DNA of 32,000 nucleotides, taken from Telmatocola sphagniphila (GTDB taxonomy: Bacteria > Planctomycetota > Planctomycetia > Gemmatales > Gemmataceae). The stretch lies in contig NZ_CP074694.1 in assembly GCF_018398935.1 (NCBI RefSeq), forward strand, positions 4,320,001 to 4,352,000, read 5' to 3'. The stretch's first letter is position 1. Each line of letters begins with the position of its first letter. Position numbers and translations under genes: made by a program. Shown here one piece after another: positions 16,648 through 24,894 of this stretch. The notes under the pieces are model-generated. The model was not told where the DNA came from. It saw only the letters and a list, made by a program, of their open reading frames with translations, and made no database searches.

Positions 16648-17787
16648 ATGGCCCTCTTAGAAGTGCGCGGACTGGTGAAATTCTTCGGTCGCCGTAAGGT
16701 GGTCGACGGCGTTTCCTTCGATGTCAATGCTGGCGAAGTCGTCGGCCTGCTCGGCCCGAACGGGGCCGGAAAAACTACCAGTTTCCGCATGAGCACCGGT
16801 CAGCTCACGCCCAACGAAGGCGAAGTGATTTTCGATGGGAGCGATGTGACCTCGATGCCGATGTACCGGCGGGCCCGTTTGGGGATGGGCTATCTTTCCC
16901 AGGAACCGAGTATTTTCCGCAAGCTGACCGTCGAGAAGAACCTGCTGGCGATTCTCGAAGTGCTCCCCAGAAGCCGGGAGTTGGGTCGCCGGTTGACTTA
17001 TGAGGAACGTTGGCAACGCACCAACGATGCGCTAGCCCAGTTCAAATTGGAACATGTCAGGTACAACGCCGCCGCTCGCGCTTCAGGGGGTGAGAAACGC
17101 CGTTTGGAAATCGCCCGCTGTCTGGTCTGCGAACCCAAACTGATTTTGCTCGACGAACCGTTTGCGGCCGTGGACCCCAAGACGACCGAAGAAATCCGAC
17201 GTAATATTCGCGAGTTGGCTCAGCAAGGGATCGGCATTTTGCTGACGGACCATAATGTGCGGGAGGTTTTGAAGATCACCGACCGCAGTTATCTGATTAA
17301 GGATGGTAAAGTTGTCACCAAGGGGACGCCCGAGGAACTGATTCACGACCCCATCGCCATCGATGGCTATCTCGGCAAAACCTTCGTGGAAGATGCACTG
17401 GGACGGCCGATGGATACGATTCCCATGGCAGGGCCATCGACTTTGAAAACGCCAGTCGCTCAACCCGTAGCGACGCCGTCCGCCGCTTCCAATGCCTCGG
17501 CGGTGAACCAACTCCTGGCGCAGGAGAAAATCCACCGACTTGTGGAACAGTTAAAAATTACGAGTCAACTACGGGAAACTACCAAGGAACTTTTGGCTCA
17601 CGGACAGGACGCCGTACCGGCATTGCTCGAAGCACTCGAACGCAAGGATATCGATTTGCGCTCCAGATCCTTTGAAGTGCTGAAGCATATCCTGGGCGGG
17701 AATCTCCAGTTCGATCCATTTGCCCCCGAAGAGCATCGCCGACGATTGCTGGCGGCTCTGCGGGAGCGCTTTTTACGAGCCGCGTGA
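16648..17787 (+). CDS. lptB: LPS export ABC transporter ATP-binding protein LptB with a ~130-aa C-terminal extension
   Basis: Start at ATG 16648 (MALLEVRGLVKFFGRRKVVDGVSFDVNAGEVVGLLGPNGAGKTT). Q-loop GYLSQEPSIF, signature SGGEKRRLEIARCL, Walker B ILLDEPFAAVDP, H-loop LLTDHNVRE. The ABC core ends near DGYLGKTF. It is followed by a P/A/S-rich linker and a helical HEAT-like tail (DAVPALLEALERKDIDLRSRSFEVLKHI). Confidence 0.85.
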   Translation: MALLEVRGLVKFFGRRKVVDGVSFDVNAGEVVGLLGPNGAGKTTSFRMSTGQLTPNEGEVIFDGSDVTSMPMYRRARLGMGYLSQEPSIFRKLTVEKNLLAILEVLPRSRELGRRLTYEERWQRTNDALAQFKLEHVRYNAAARASGGEKRRLEIARCLVCEPKLILLDEPFAAVDPKTTEEIRRNIRELAQQGIGILLTDHNVREVLKITDRSYLIKDGKVVTKGTPEELIHDPIAIDGYLGKTFVEDALGRPMDTIPMAGPSTLKTPVAQPVATPSAASNASAVNQLLAQEKIHRLVEQLKITSQLRETTKELLAHGQDAVPALLEALERKDIDLRSRSFEVLKHILGGNLQFDPFAPEEHRRRLLAALRERFLRAA

Positions 17788-17788
17788 A

Positions 17789-18202
17789 TTATTCTTTGAC
17801 TCGCTTGTAGGTTTCGACTTCGCCCTTTTCATTCTTCAGTTTCAGCGTCGTGTCGTCGACCTGAATGACCTTGTCTTTCGTGACATCGCCCTTTTTGGGT
17901 GTGGGATTGTTGGATTTCGCCACAGTGGAAGTCATCTCTCCCTTTTCCACTTTCCAGGTGCCCGAGATCTCCAGTTCGACGGTCTGACCGCCCGCTTTCA
18001 GCTTCGCGGAAAATTCAAAGGAGAGATCCTTCTTGAATGTGGAGTACCCTTTGCCGGAGACCCCTCCTTCATTGATCTCAATCACCCACTTACCGACCAG
18101 CTTCTCCGTGATCTCCTTATCGCTTTGCTGTTTGGGGTCATCAGCCCGAGTTGACAGGGAGACACTGAACAGGAGCGCGACGACTAACGAGAGCATTCTC
18201 AT
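17789..18202 (-). CDS. Small secreted lipocalin-like protein of unknown function
   Basis: 137 aa. Signal peptide MRMLSLVVALLFSVSLSTRA|DD. The mature part begins ...KLVGKWVIE... and is alternating beta-strand-like, ending TLKLKNEKGEVETYKRV. It resembles the small paralogous secreted domain family I recall as expanded in Gemmata-type genomes (memory only). Confidence 0.6.
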   Translation of the reverse strand: MRMLSLVVALLFSVSLSTRADDPKQQSDKEITEKLVGKWVIEINEGGVSGKGYSTFKKDLSFEFSAKLKAGGQTVELEISGTWKVEKGEMTSTVAKSNNPTPKKGDVTKDKVIQVDDTTLKLKNEKGEVETYKRVKE

Positions 18203-18245
18203 GAATTAAACCCTGGAATGAGGACTTGGTGCCACCGGGAACGAA

Positions 18246-19517
18246 TTATTCCGGCTGGGTTTTGCCATCATAGTGAAAAGCGGCACTCAGGGCCTGACAT
18301 TGTTCCAAGGTCATATCCCCACGCTGAATCCAAAGTCGATAGCGGACCAAGAGGGGATTTTGTGGAGTCAAATCGTATTCGAAGTAAGAGCCGAACCGAC
18401 CATAATCCCTCTCACTATAGCGAGCCTCTTTTGGATTCTTGGGATGATCCATGTAAAGCACTGTGTAGCGTTGGTTCCCCACCACGAAACTCATGGCATT
18501 CCAGTCGAGGTTCACGGGGCCTTTTTTAGTCTTGGGATCCCAGTTTCGAGTTTCGCCCGGTTTACCTTTGCCATCCTGCCGAAGGTAGTAAGTATCCAGA
18601 TTGATTTTCTCTTTTCCGACGGTCTTCTGATTGTCGGCCACTTCCATGTTCGCTCGAAAATGAAAACCCGCATGTTGCGGATCGCCATCGAGTCGGACTT
18701 TCGGTTTGTCGGTTTTCAGGAGGCTCACAAAATCGATCAGTGTTCCGCCGGGCAGATTATAAGCGGTTAATTCCCTTTGTTCCTTTGCGAAAGTGGCCCC
18801 ATCCTGGCCATGCCAGTCAATCGCTAAACGCTGACTGCCGAGCAAATAGCCCGCGTCCTGGGCAAGAATGCCTTGGTCCGAAACAAATTCGTTTTTGCTG
18901 CCGTGCCAGACATCGGCTTGCTTTTTATCGTCGTAGGAGATCTTGTTGAAACCGTAAAACAGCCCGCGATGGTGGGCATAGAGTTTTTTCTCGTCCTCCC
19001 GATAAGCGCCCGATGTCAAAACCGTTTTACCATCGACTGGATCGAACACGTGATGGTAGAGTTTGAAGGTGAGATAGTGCCCAGTCTTCGAACTGTTGTC
19101 GTGCTTGGAATTCATGTACTCGAGTACCGGGCGTTCATCCAGTTTCAGAAGGGGATAGTTATCCAAAGTCGTCCATTGGAAGCCTTTGCCTGAATGAATT
19201 TCGCTTCTGGGATTGTTTGTAACATCAGTCACTGATAGTTTAAGATTTTCATTGGCTTTCCAATTCGTCACCAGAATCACCAGAACACTTTTTTCCGTGC
19301 CCAGCCCGAGCGATCCATGGCGTACCTGATTGGCGTAAACCATGCCCTTGGCATCGGTCACGTGGAATAGCGAATTATCCTTCGCCGTAATCGGTAACTG
19401 AAGCAGCACATTGCTGAGATCCTTCTTCGGGCCATCGCACACAATCCGGACAGACTCGCTAGCCGACAACCGGGCGGAGGTGAAACAGAACAAAGATACC
19501 AGAATTAAACGGAACAT
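18246..19517 (-). CDS. Secreted DUF6807 (PmoA-like) family protein
   Basis: ORF 18246-19595. Start placed at ATG 19517 (MFRLILVSLFCFTSARLSA|SE, a signal peptide). Family-like blocks: KLYHHVFDPVDGKTVLTSG...YAHHRGLFYGFNKI...ADVWHG and LYMDHPKNPKEARYSERDYGRFG. Confidence 0.6.
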   Translation of the reverse strand: MFRLILVSLFCFTSARLSASESVRIVCDGPKKDLSNVLLQLPITAKDNSLFHVTDAKGMVYANQVRHGSLGLGTEKSVLVILVTNWKANENLKLSVTDVTNNPRSEIHSGKGFQWTTLDNYPLLKLDERPVLEYMNSKHDNSSKTGHYLTFKLYHHVFDPVDGKTVLTSGAYREDEKKLYAHHRGLFYGFNKISYDDKKQADVWHGSKNEFVSDQGILAQDAGYLLGSQRLAIDWHGQDGATFAKEQRELTAYNLPGGTLIDFVSLLKTDKPKVRLDGDPQHAGFHFRANMEVADNQKTVGKEKINLDTYYLRQDGKGKPGETRNWDPKTKKGPVNLDWNAMSFVVGNQRYTVLYMDHPKNPKEARYSERDYGRFGSYFEYDLTPQNPLLVRYRLWIQRGDMTLEQCQALSAAFHYDGKTQPE

Positions 19518-19600
19518 GCGGGCTCTCGGTGGGAGTCGCGAAATCAGTTTGGGCTGACTGAAATATTGGAACACAAAACTCCCGCCAGCGGCCACAGAAA

Positions 19601-19969
19601 TTATTTTCCGCTGACGAACTTCTCGGTTTTTCCCGGAGCCAGGGCTCCCGTTTTGGGTAGCCAGAGAATGGTTTCCTCGATTTTCTGGGCCAGTTCAAAA
19701 TCTTTGTCGGTGATGCCGCCTTCACTGTGCGTTTGCAGCTTTACCCAGATTTTTGCATAGGTCACCGCCAGATCGGCGTGATGATCGGCGGCTTCGCAAA
19801 GAAAGCCGATGGCATTCACGGCCAGAAGCGTGGCCTGCCAGCCGCTCGTGGTATATTTCCGTCGCAGCCAGCCGTCTTCGAGGTACCAGCCGGTCAGTTT
19901 CCCTTCGGCGATCTTGGCCGTTACTTCGGATTCGTTGTACACCTTCAGAGAGGTCTTTTTGTCGGACAT
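19601..19969 (-). CDS. phhB: Pterin-4-alpha-carbinolamine dehydratase (PCD/DCoH)
   Basis: Start at ATG 19969, preceded by GGAG; 122 aa. Blocks LTGWYLEDGWLRRKYTTSGWQATLLAVNAIGFLCEAADHHADLAVTYAKIWVKLQTHSEGGITDKDFELAQKIEE match the PCD pattern (W...f.f.....a..f......ae...HH.d......v.v.l.TH...G.T..D..lA..i). Confidence 0.8.
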   Translation of the reverse strand: MSDKKTSLKVYNESEVTAKIAEGKLTGWYLEDGWLRRKYTTSGWQATLLAVNAIGFLCEAADHHADLAVTYAKIWVKLQTHSEGGITDKDFELAQKIEETILWLPKTGALAPGKTEKFVSGK

Positions 19970-19990
19970 TGTTGATCTCCGGAAAAATTC

Positions 19991-20545
19991 ATGCGAAATA
20001 CCAAGCCTTGGTTGAGACTGCGAGAATTGTATACGCAAAGAGCTTTCGCGTTTGGCGATTTCACGCTCGCCTCGGGTCAAAAGAGTTCTTACTACATCAA
20101 CTCCAAAAAGATTTTGTTTCATTCGGAGGCCGTGGCGCTATTAGGGGAATTGCTGTACGAAGCAACCTGCGATCTGCCTATTCAGGGAATTGGCGGACTG
20201 GAAGTGGGAGCGATTCCCATGTCCGCCGCGGCGGGGATGTATTACCATCAAAAGGGACGAGCCATTGAAGGGTTTTTCGTTCGCAAACAAGCGAAAGAAC
20301 ATGGCAGTAAAGAACGGATCGAAGGAGTGATCAAACCGGGGGAGAACGTCGCCATCATCGACGATGTGCTGACGACCGGTGAATCGGCTCTGCAGGCCGT
20401 GAAGGTTATGGAAGAGTTTGGCTGTAAAGTGCTGCGAGTAGTCTGCGTTGTCGACCGCCTGCAAGGAGCAGCCGAGCGACTGAAGGGCTACGATTTCCAG
20501 CCGCTTTATACAGTCGCCGATTTCGGTGTGAAAACGCCCGGTTAA
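19991..20545 (+). CDS. pyrE: Orotate phosphoribosyltransferase
   Basis: 184 aa. N-terminal FAFGDFTLASGQKSSYYINSKK and the PRPP-binding loop NVAIIDDVLTTGESA. This is the short PyrE type. Confidence 0.85.
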   Translation: MRNTKPWLRLRELYTQRAFAFGDFTLASGQKSSYYINSKKILFHSEAVALLGELLYEATCDLPIQGIGGLEVGAIPMSAAAGMYYHQKGRAIEGFFVRKQAKEHGSKERIEGVIKPGENVAIIDDVLTTGESALQAVKVMEEFGCKVLRVVCVVDRLQGAAERLKGYDFQPLYTVADFGVKTPG

Positions 20546-20569
20546 GGATCGTTTACTGGCGAGGAAGCC

Positions 20570-22117
20570 ATGAAAATAGTTTGGGCTCTGATCGTTCTGA
20601 CTCTCCTGGCTGTGGGGGCCAGTCTGCTGTTTCAATCGTACGGGCACATGAACACAGTCGTTCTACCCGTACCCCCCGATGATGTGGAACTCGCCTGGAT
20701 CCACACTTCCACCAACTCCGCCACCTGGGAACGCTTCGTTACCGGATGCAAGCGACTGGCTAACGATGGCTGGACAGTGGATGATTCCAAAGCCCTACTC
20801 GAGGAAACCACCGGCATCCCGGAAGTCACTATTACACGGCCCAGTGAATCGCGGAAAGTTCGCATCCGCTGGTATAAGCTGTCGAGTGAAACCGGTAGTA
20901 AGCAATGGGTAAAAGCACTTTCCAAACGCAACCCAGCGCCCATCGCCATAATCGGCGGGGGATCGAGCGACCGTGCCGAGGATCTCGCCCGCAGCCTTTA
21001 TGAACAGGGCAGTTGGAAAGGCGGCGTAGCGCCCCTACTGTTTCTGACCACCGCCACGGCCGATGAGATCAAAACCGGGCCAGACGACTATAAGAAGCTC
21101 ATCAACTTCTATCCCGGCCGGACATTTCGCTTTTGCTTCAGCAACCTCCAGATGGCGAGAGCGGTGATGGAGTGCATCGATCAAACCGATCTGCACCCGA
21201 GCCGGAATTTTCCCCCGTTTCAACGGCAGTTGATGATGATGGGTCAGCACACCCCGCTGGATCTGTTGATGAATCTGATTCTGACCAACAGCGGTTTGCG
21301 CTTCGGAACGCCGCACCGTTTTGCGGTACTTTGGCGGGACGATCCCTACTCGAGCGATCTTCTGGATCGCTTCGAACAAGTGATTCAGGAGGCCCGCAAC
21401 GGCCTCAACACTTACGGCGGCAACCGGCTGGTCAAATTGAATGTCCCCTTTAGCGTCGGAACCTACAACCATGCCAACCCTTCCGAAGAAGAAGCGGTCC
21501 GCGAACTTCTCAGTGAAATTTCCACTGCCCCGGGTGAGCGGGCTTTGTTAATTCTGCCGACGGTAGCCGCCCCGGCCCGGCGAGTCCTGCGCTCGCTATG
21601 CGGCGATGCTCCGATGATCGGCAAGAACATCGTGGTGGTCACCGGGGATGCGATCTCATTCAACACGTTTTATCGGGACGCCGAATTTGCCTGGAATGTG
21701 CGAGACATTCCGGTGCCGATAGCGACTTTCCTGCATCAAAATCCTGTGGGCTGGGATGAAGGAATTACCAAGATCGCTCCGCTCCAGGGGCCGAACAGCA
21801 CGGAGGACATTCTGCTGTATCAGGATATGATGTCGCGAATCATGAATTCCATTCTGCCCAAGGACAAAAAAACAGAAGCTCGAGATGCCGATACACTTCG
21901 GGATAACCTGATTAGTCAGAATCCCGATTTCTTCGACAAGGATGGAAATCGACAATCAGGACAGAACGAATACGTCGTTATCTTCCGGCCGATCTTCCTG
22001 GAAGGGGATCGCGTGCGGGACGAACCGCAAATCGAAATTTGGAACCGACCGACCGGACAGAAGTGGAAACTGGTTCAACAGCTGGGTAAATACAACCCGC
22101 CGAACCCGGTCCCTTAA
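20570..22117 (+). CDS. Membrane-anchored periplasmic protein with a type-1 periplasmic-binding-protein-like pattern (function unknown)
   Basis: 515 aa. N-terminal anchor MKIVWALIVLTLLAVGASLLF, and GAGGAAG before the ATG. The alternating strand/helix blocks PIAIIGGGSSDRAEDLARSL, FAVLWRDDPYSSDLLDRFEQVI, ALLILPTVAAPARRVLRSL and NIVVVTGDAISF resemble LivK/TorT-like PBP1 folds. This assignment is by eye only. Confidence 0.4.
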   Translation: MKIVWALIVLTLLAVGASLLFQSYGHMNTVVLPVPPDDVELAWIHTSTNSATWERFVTGCKRLANDGWTVDDSKALLEETTGIPEVTITRPSESRKVRIRWYKLSSETGSKQWVKALSKRNPAPIAIIGGGSSDRAEDLARSLYEQGSWKGGVAPLLFLTTATADEIKTGPDDYKKLINFYPGRTFRFCFSNLQMARAVMECIDQTDLHPSRNFPPFQRQLMMMGQHTPLDLLMNLILTNSGLRFGTPHRFAVLWRDDPYSSDLLDRFEQVIQEARNGLNTYGGNRLVKLNVPFSVGTYNHANPSEEEAVRELLSEISTAPGERALLILPTVAAPARRVLRSLCGDAPMIGKNIVVVTGDAISFNTFYRDAEFAWNVRDIPVPIATFLHQNPVGWDEGITKIAPLQGPNSTEDILLYQDMMSRIMNSILPKDKKTEARDADTLRDNLISQNPDFFDKDGNRQSGQNEYVVIFRPIFLEGDRVRDEPQIEIWNRPTGQKWKLVQQLGKYNPPNPVP

Positions 22118-22162
22118 AATAATACTCCTGAAATTTCCGGCAGATTCACGAATGGATTCCTT

Positions 22163-23668
22163 GTGAACTACATACCCTGGAAGACGCTCAAAACCTACGG
22201 TGCAATGCTGCTGGCCTGGATAGTCCTCGTCGGCTGGCTTTCCTACCTGCTCTACACCCGAGCCCAGATTTCGCGGCAGAACGATGAAGCCAGCGTTCGC
22301 GAATGGTTGGATGAAACCCGCGTTTTCCGCAAGACCCTTCTGGAGATGATCGAGGATTACATCACCAAGCTCGATAACCCGGATAACGAAAATTTAGTAC
22401 CGCTTGAAACCAAGGCCGAGGAAATTCGTGCCCAGCTGCGGTCGTTAACATTTCCGCTCCAGACATTGGCCAATCAGTTGCCGCTTTTTCCCGATGTCGA
22501 GCGCATCGAAATTCGCTTTCCGAATAATCCGGAAGTCAATCCCATCACCTGGGAAACCCTCGATCGCAAGCCGCAGATTCTCCAAAACACCTTGCGAACG
22601 CTTCAGTACGAACCGATCACCGGCCGTGCGATCATTTACTGCCGCTATCATCTGCATGCCTTTAACCGCACGCAACGCGACGAACGCGAACAGCAGCTGG
22701 TATTTCGAATCATCGGCGGCGTGGTCATCATCGGCAGCCTTCTCGCTCTGCTCGCGGCCAGTTCGTTGCTTCGCCGGGAGCGCAATCGCGAGCTGGCACG
22801 CCTAAGAGCGGAACGAGCCCTGGAGCACAAAGAAAACGAAGTTTTGAATGAGAAACTGCGTGCCGAAGAGGCCGAACGCACAGCTCTGGAAATGAAATCG
22901 CAATTGTTTGCTGGGATCGGGATCATGGCCGGTTCATATGCCCACAACATCAAAAATCTGCTGGTACGCCCAAATGATCTGATACATCGCTGCCTGGAAC
23001 AGGACGGCCTCAATTCCGAACAGTTGAGCATGATGCACGAAGTCCGCAGTACCCTCGGCACGGTCACCGAACGTCTGCAGGAAATTCTAAAAACCGTCCG
23101 GCGCGATCCCACGCAAACGGCCATGAGCCCGCTGGATCTCAATCACCTGGTCAACGACATGACCAAGACCTGGAGCCAACTTTGCACTGAAAAATGGAAA
23201 TTGAACCTTCAGACCGATCTCTGGTCCGAACCGCTGATTATTGATGCCGATCTCTCGCACTTGCAGCAAGCCCTAGAAAATCTGCTTTTCAATGCTCGCG
23301 ATGCCACCTTCGAAATGCGGAACCACGTTCGGGATGAAGCTCGCAATGCGGAGCCAGCCCTTCGCAAACAGGCCTTGATCGATGCCGCCGGTTGGCGCGG
23401 TCTGGTCATCATCCGCACCTATCGCGAGGATTCCCAAGTGCTGCTCGACATCCAGGACAACGGCATCGGTATGACCGACGAAGTTCGCGAACGTTGCGTG
23501 GAAACCCATTTCACCACCAAGCGGAATAACGCACTATACGAAGGCTACAACGCCGGGATGGGTTTAGGACTATCGTTTGTCATGGCCGTACTGGAACACC
23601 ATGGGGCGAAACTCGAGATCTACTCGACCCACCTGAAGGGAACAACCTTCCGTGTCCGCTTCCTGTAA
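22163..23668 (+). CDS. Sensor histidine kinase (two TM segments, periplasmic loop, HisKA + HATPase_c)
   Basis: 501 aa. TM1 AMLLAWIVLVGWLSYLLY, a ~150-aa loop, then TM2 FRIIGGVVIIGSLLALLAASSLL. A coiled-coil linker follows. H-box AGSYAHNIKNLL, N-box LENLLFNARDA, G1 DNGIGM, G2 GMGLGLS. The start is either GTG 22163 or ATG 22205. Confidence 0.85.
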   Translation: MNYIPWKTLKTYGAMLLAWIVLVGWLSYLLYTRAQISRQNDEASVREWLDETRVFRKTLLEMIEDYITKLDNPDNENLVPLETKAEEIRAQLRSLTFPLQTLANQLPLFPDVERIEIRFPNNPEVNPITWETLDRKPQILQNTLRTLQYEPITGRAIIYCRYHLHAFNRTQRDEREQQLVFRIIGGVVIIGSLLALLAASSLLRRERNRELARLRAERALEHKENEVLNEKLRAEEAERTALEMKSQLFAGIGIMAGSYAHNIKNLLVRPNDLIHRCLEQDGLNSEQLSMMHEVRSTLGTVTERLQEILKTVRRDPTQTAMSPLDLNHLVNDMTKTWSQLCTEKWKLNLQTDLWSEPLIIDADLSHLQQALENLLFNARDATFEMRNHVRDEARNAEPALRKQALIDAAGWRGLVIIRTYREDSQVLLDIQDNGIGMTDEVRERCVETHFTTKRNNALYEGYNAGMGLGLSFVMAVLEHHGAKLEIYSTHLKGTTFRVRFL

Positions 23669-23742
23669 GTTACGAGCGAGGGAATGATCGCTTTTTCAGC
23701 TTTTCGCTTGAGCTGATCGCAAGCTTCGAACATCATGGGGAA

Positions 23743-24714
23743 ATGAAATACTTCCTTCTTTCATGCTTTTTGCTGGCGTGGCCGCCGCTGGGACTCGCCG
23801 AAGAGCGAATTGCCATCCGGCAGGAGAAGGATTTCCTTCAGATTGAGACCGATGCCCTCTCGGCCCGAATCCAGACGCGCGGGTATGTCAGCGGCGTCTC
23901 GGCGGGTTCGCTGATCGACAAGAAAACGGAGACCAAGGATCTCGGCTTTGGCCTGCACATTATGGATTTTCTGCTGGCCCCGGGCTGGCGAGAAGACAAG
24001 TATTCGCGTGAAGTTCCTTTCCACGGCCGGCTCGCCAAACATCTGGTGGAAGGGCCGCAGATCTGCACGCAAGCGAAGATACTCGAACCGGCCATCACGC
24101 GCGGCACCGACTTTGTAGCCGTGCAACTGCGCTTCAAATTCACCGAGGCGGCCCCGGGGTTGAAGGCCAGTTCACTCTGGGAACAAACGCTGCTATTCAA
24201 GACGGGGATCCGCTACTTTTTCTCGGCCGAAGAAATCACTTCCGCAAATACCGTCGAAGATCTGTTCTACCGCATCGATATGCCGGGCCACATCAAACAC
24301 AAAAAGGGCGATACTTTCGAGCAGGTCTACTTGAGCTATCTGGAAAAACCTCTCACCGCCAAGGAGTTTGAAAACAACTTCGCCCCCGACGCCAAGTTTC
24401 TCTACCAGCGTGACGATTCCAAGCTCCCTGCCCGGATGATCCGGGCGTATAAAACGCGCAACGGGCCCTGGTTAGCCGGCCTGACTCTCGATCCGGGTGC
24501 GACCTCCGAAGCGTGGTGCCATCAGCGCGACTACGTTTGCTTCATTCAGGAACTTCACAAACGTTCCGTGAAGACCGGTGAGAAATTTGGCGCGGCCTAT
24601 ATCGTGGGATGGTTCGATTCGATTCCCGATATGGCAAAGACCTACGACGAATTTAAAGGGATCCGAAAGATCGAAGTGGACCCTCTTCAAAAATCGTTTC
24701 GCTTTGCTCGCTGA
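23743..24714 (+). CDS. Secreted protein of unknown function
   Basis: 323 aa. Signal peptide MKYFLLSCFLLAWPPLGLA|EE, with GGGGAA before the ATG. No motif recognised. Confidence 0.6.
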   Translation: MKYFLLSCFLLAWPPLGLAEERIAIRQEKDFLQIETDALSARIQTRGYVSGVSAGSLIDKKTETKDLGFGLHIMDFLLAPGWREDKYSREVPFHGRLAKHLVEGPQICTQAKILEPAITRGTDFVAVQLRFKFTEAAPGLKASSLWEQTLLFKTGIRYFFSAEEITSANTVEDLFYRIDMPGHIKHKKGDTFEQVYLSYLEKPLTAKEFENNFAPDAKFLYQRDDSKLPARMIRAYKTRNGPWLAGLTLDPGATSEAWCHQRDYVCFIQELHKRSVKTGEKFGAAYIVGWFDSIPDMAKTYDEFKGIRKIEVDPLQKSFRFAR

Positions 24715-24841
24715 AGACCCCGGCTAATGAGCATTTGATGAAGATTCGTCTCTCTTGTTAACAATTCGTGAAGAATTCGAGAGCTTACCGTAAAGGCTCT
24801 TCCAACTTTCTCAGCTCCAGTAAGATGCTTAATTCGTTAAG

Positions 24842-24866
24842 TTTGAATTTTTTTTTGGAATTCAAA
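24842..24866. promoter_or_regulatory. 8-bp perfect inverted repeat in the AT-rich leader of the DUF1559 gene
   Basis: TTTGAATT (24842-24849) - TTTTTTTGG - AATTCAAA (24859-24866). It lies 29 nt upstream of ATG 24895, inside a 180-bp AT-rich intergenic region. Confidence 0.3.
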
Positions 24867-24894
24867 TCGCTCAAACACTTACTGGACAAAACGA

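Noticed and set aside
23675-23697. Possible terminator after the histidine kinase (AGCGA-gggaatga-TCGCT followed by TTTTT)
   Set aside because: The stem is only 5 bp, too weak to call, and the downstream gene starts 46 nt later on the same strand.
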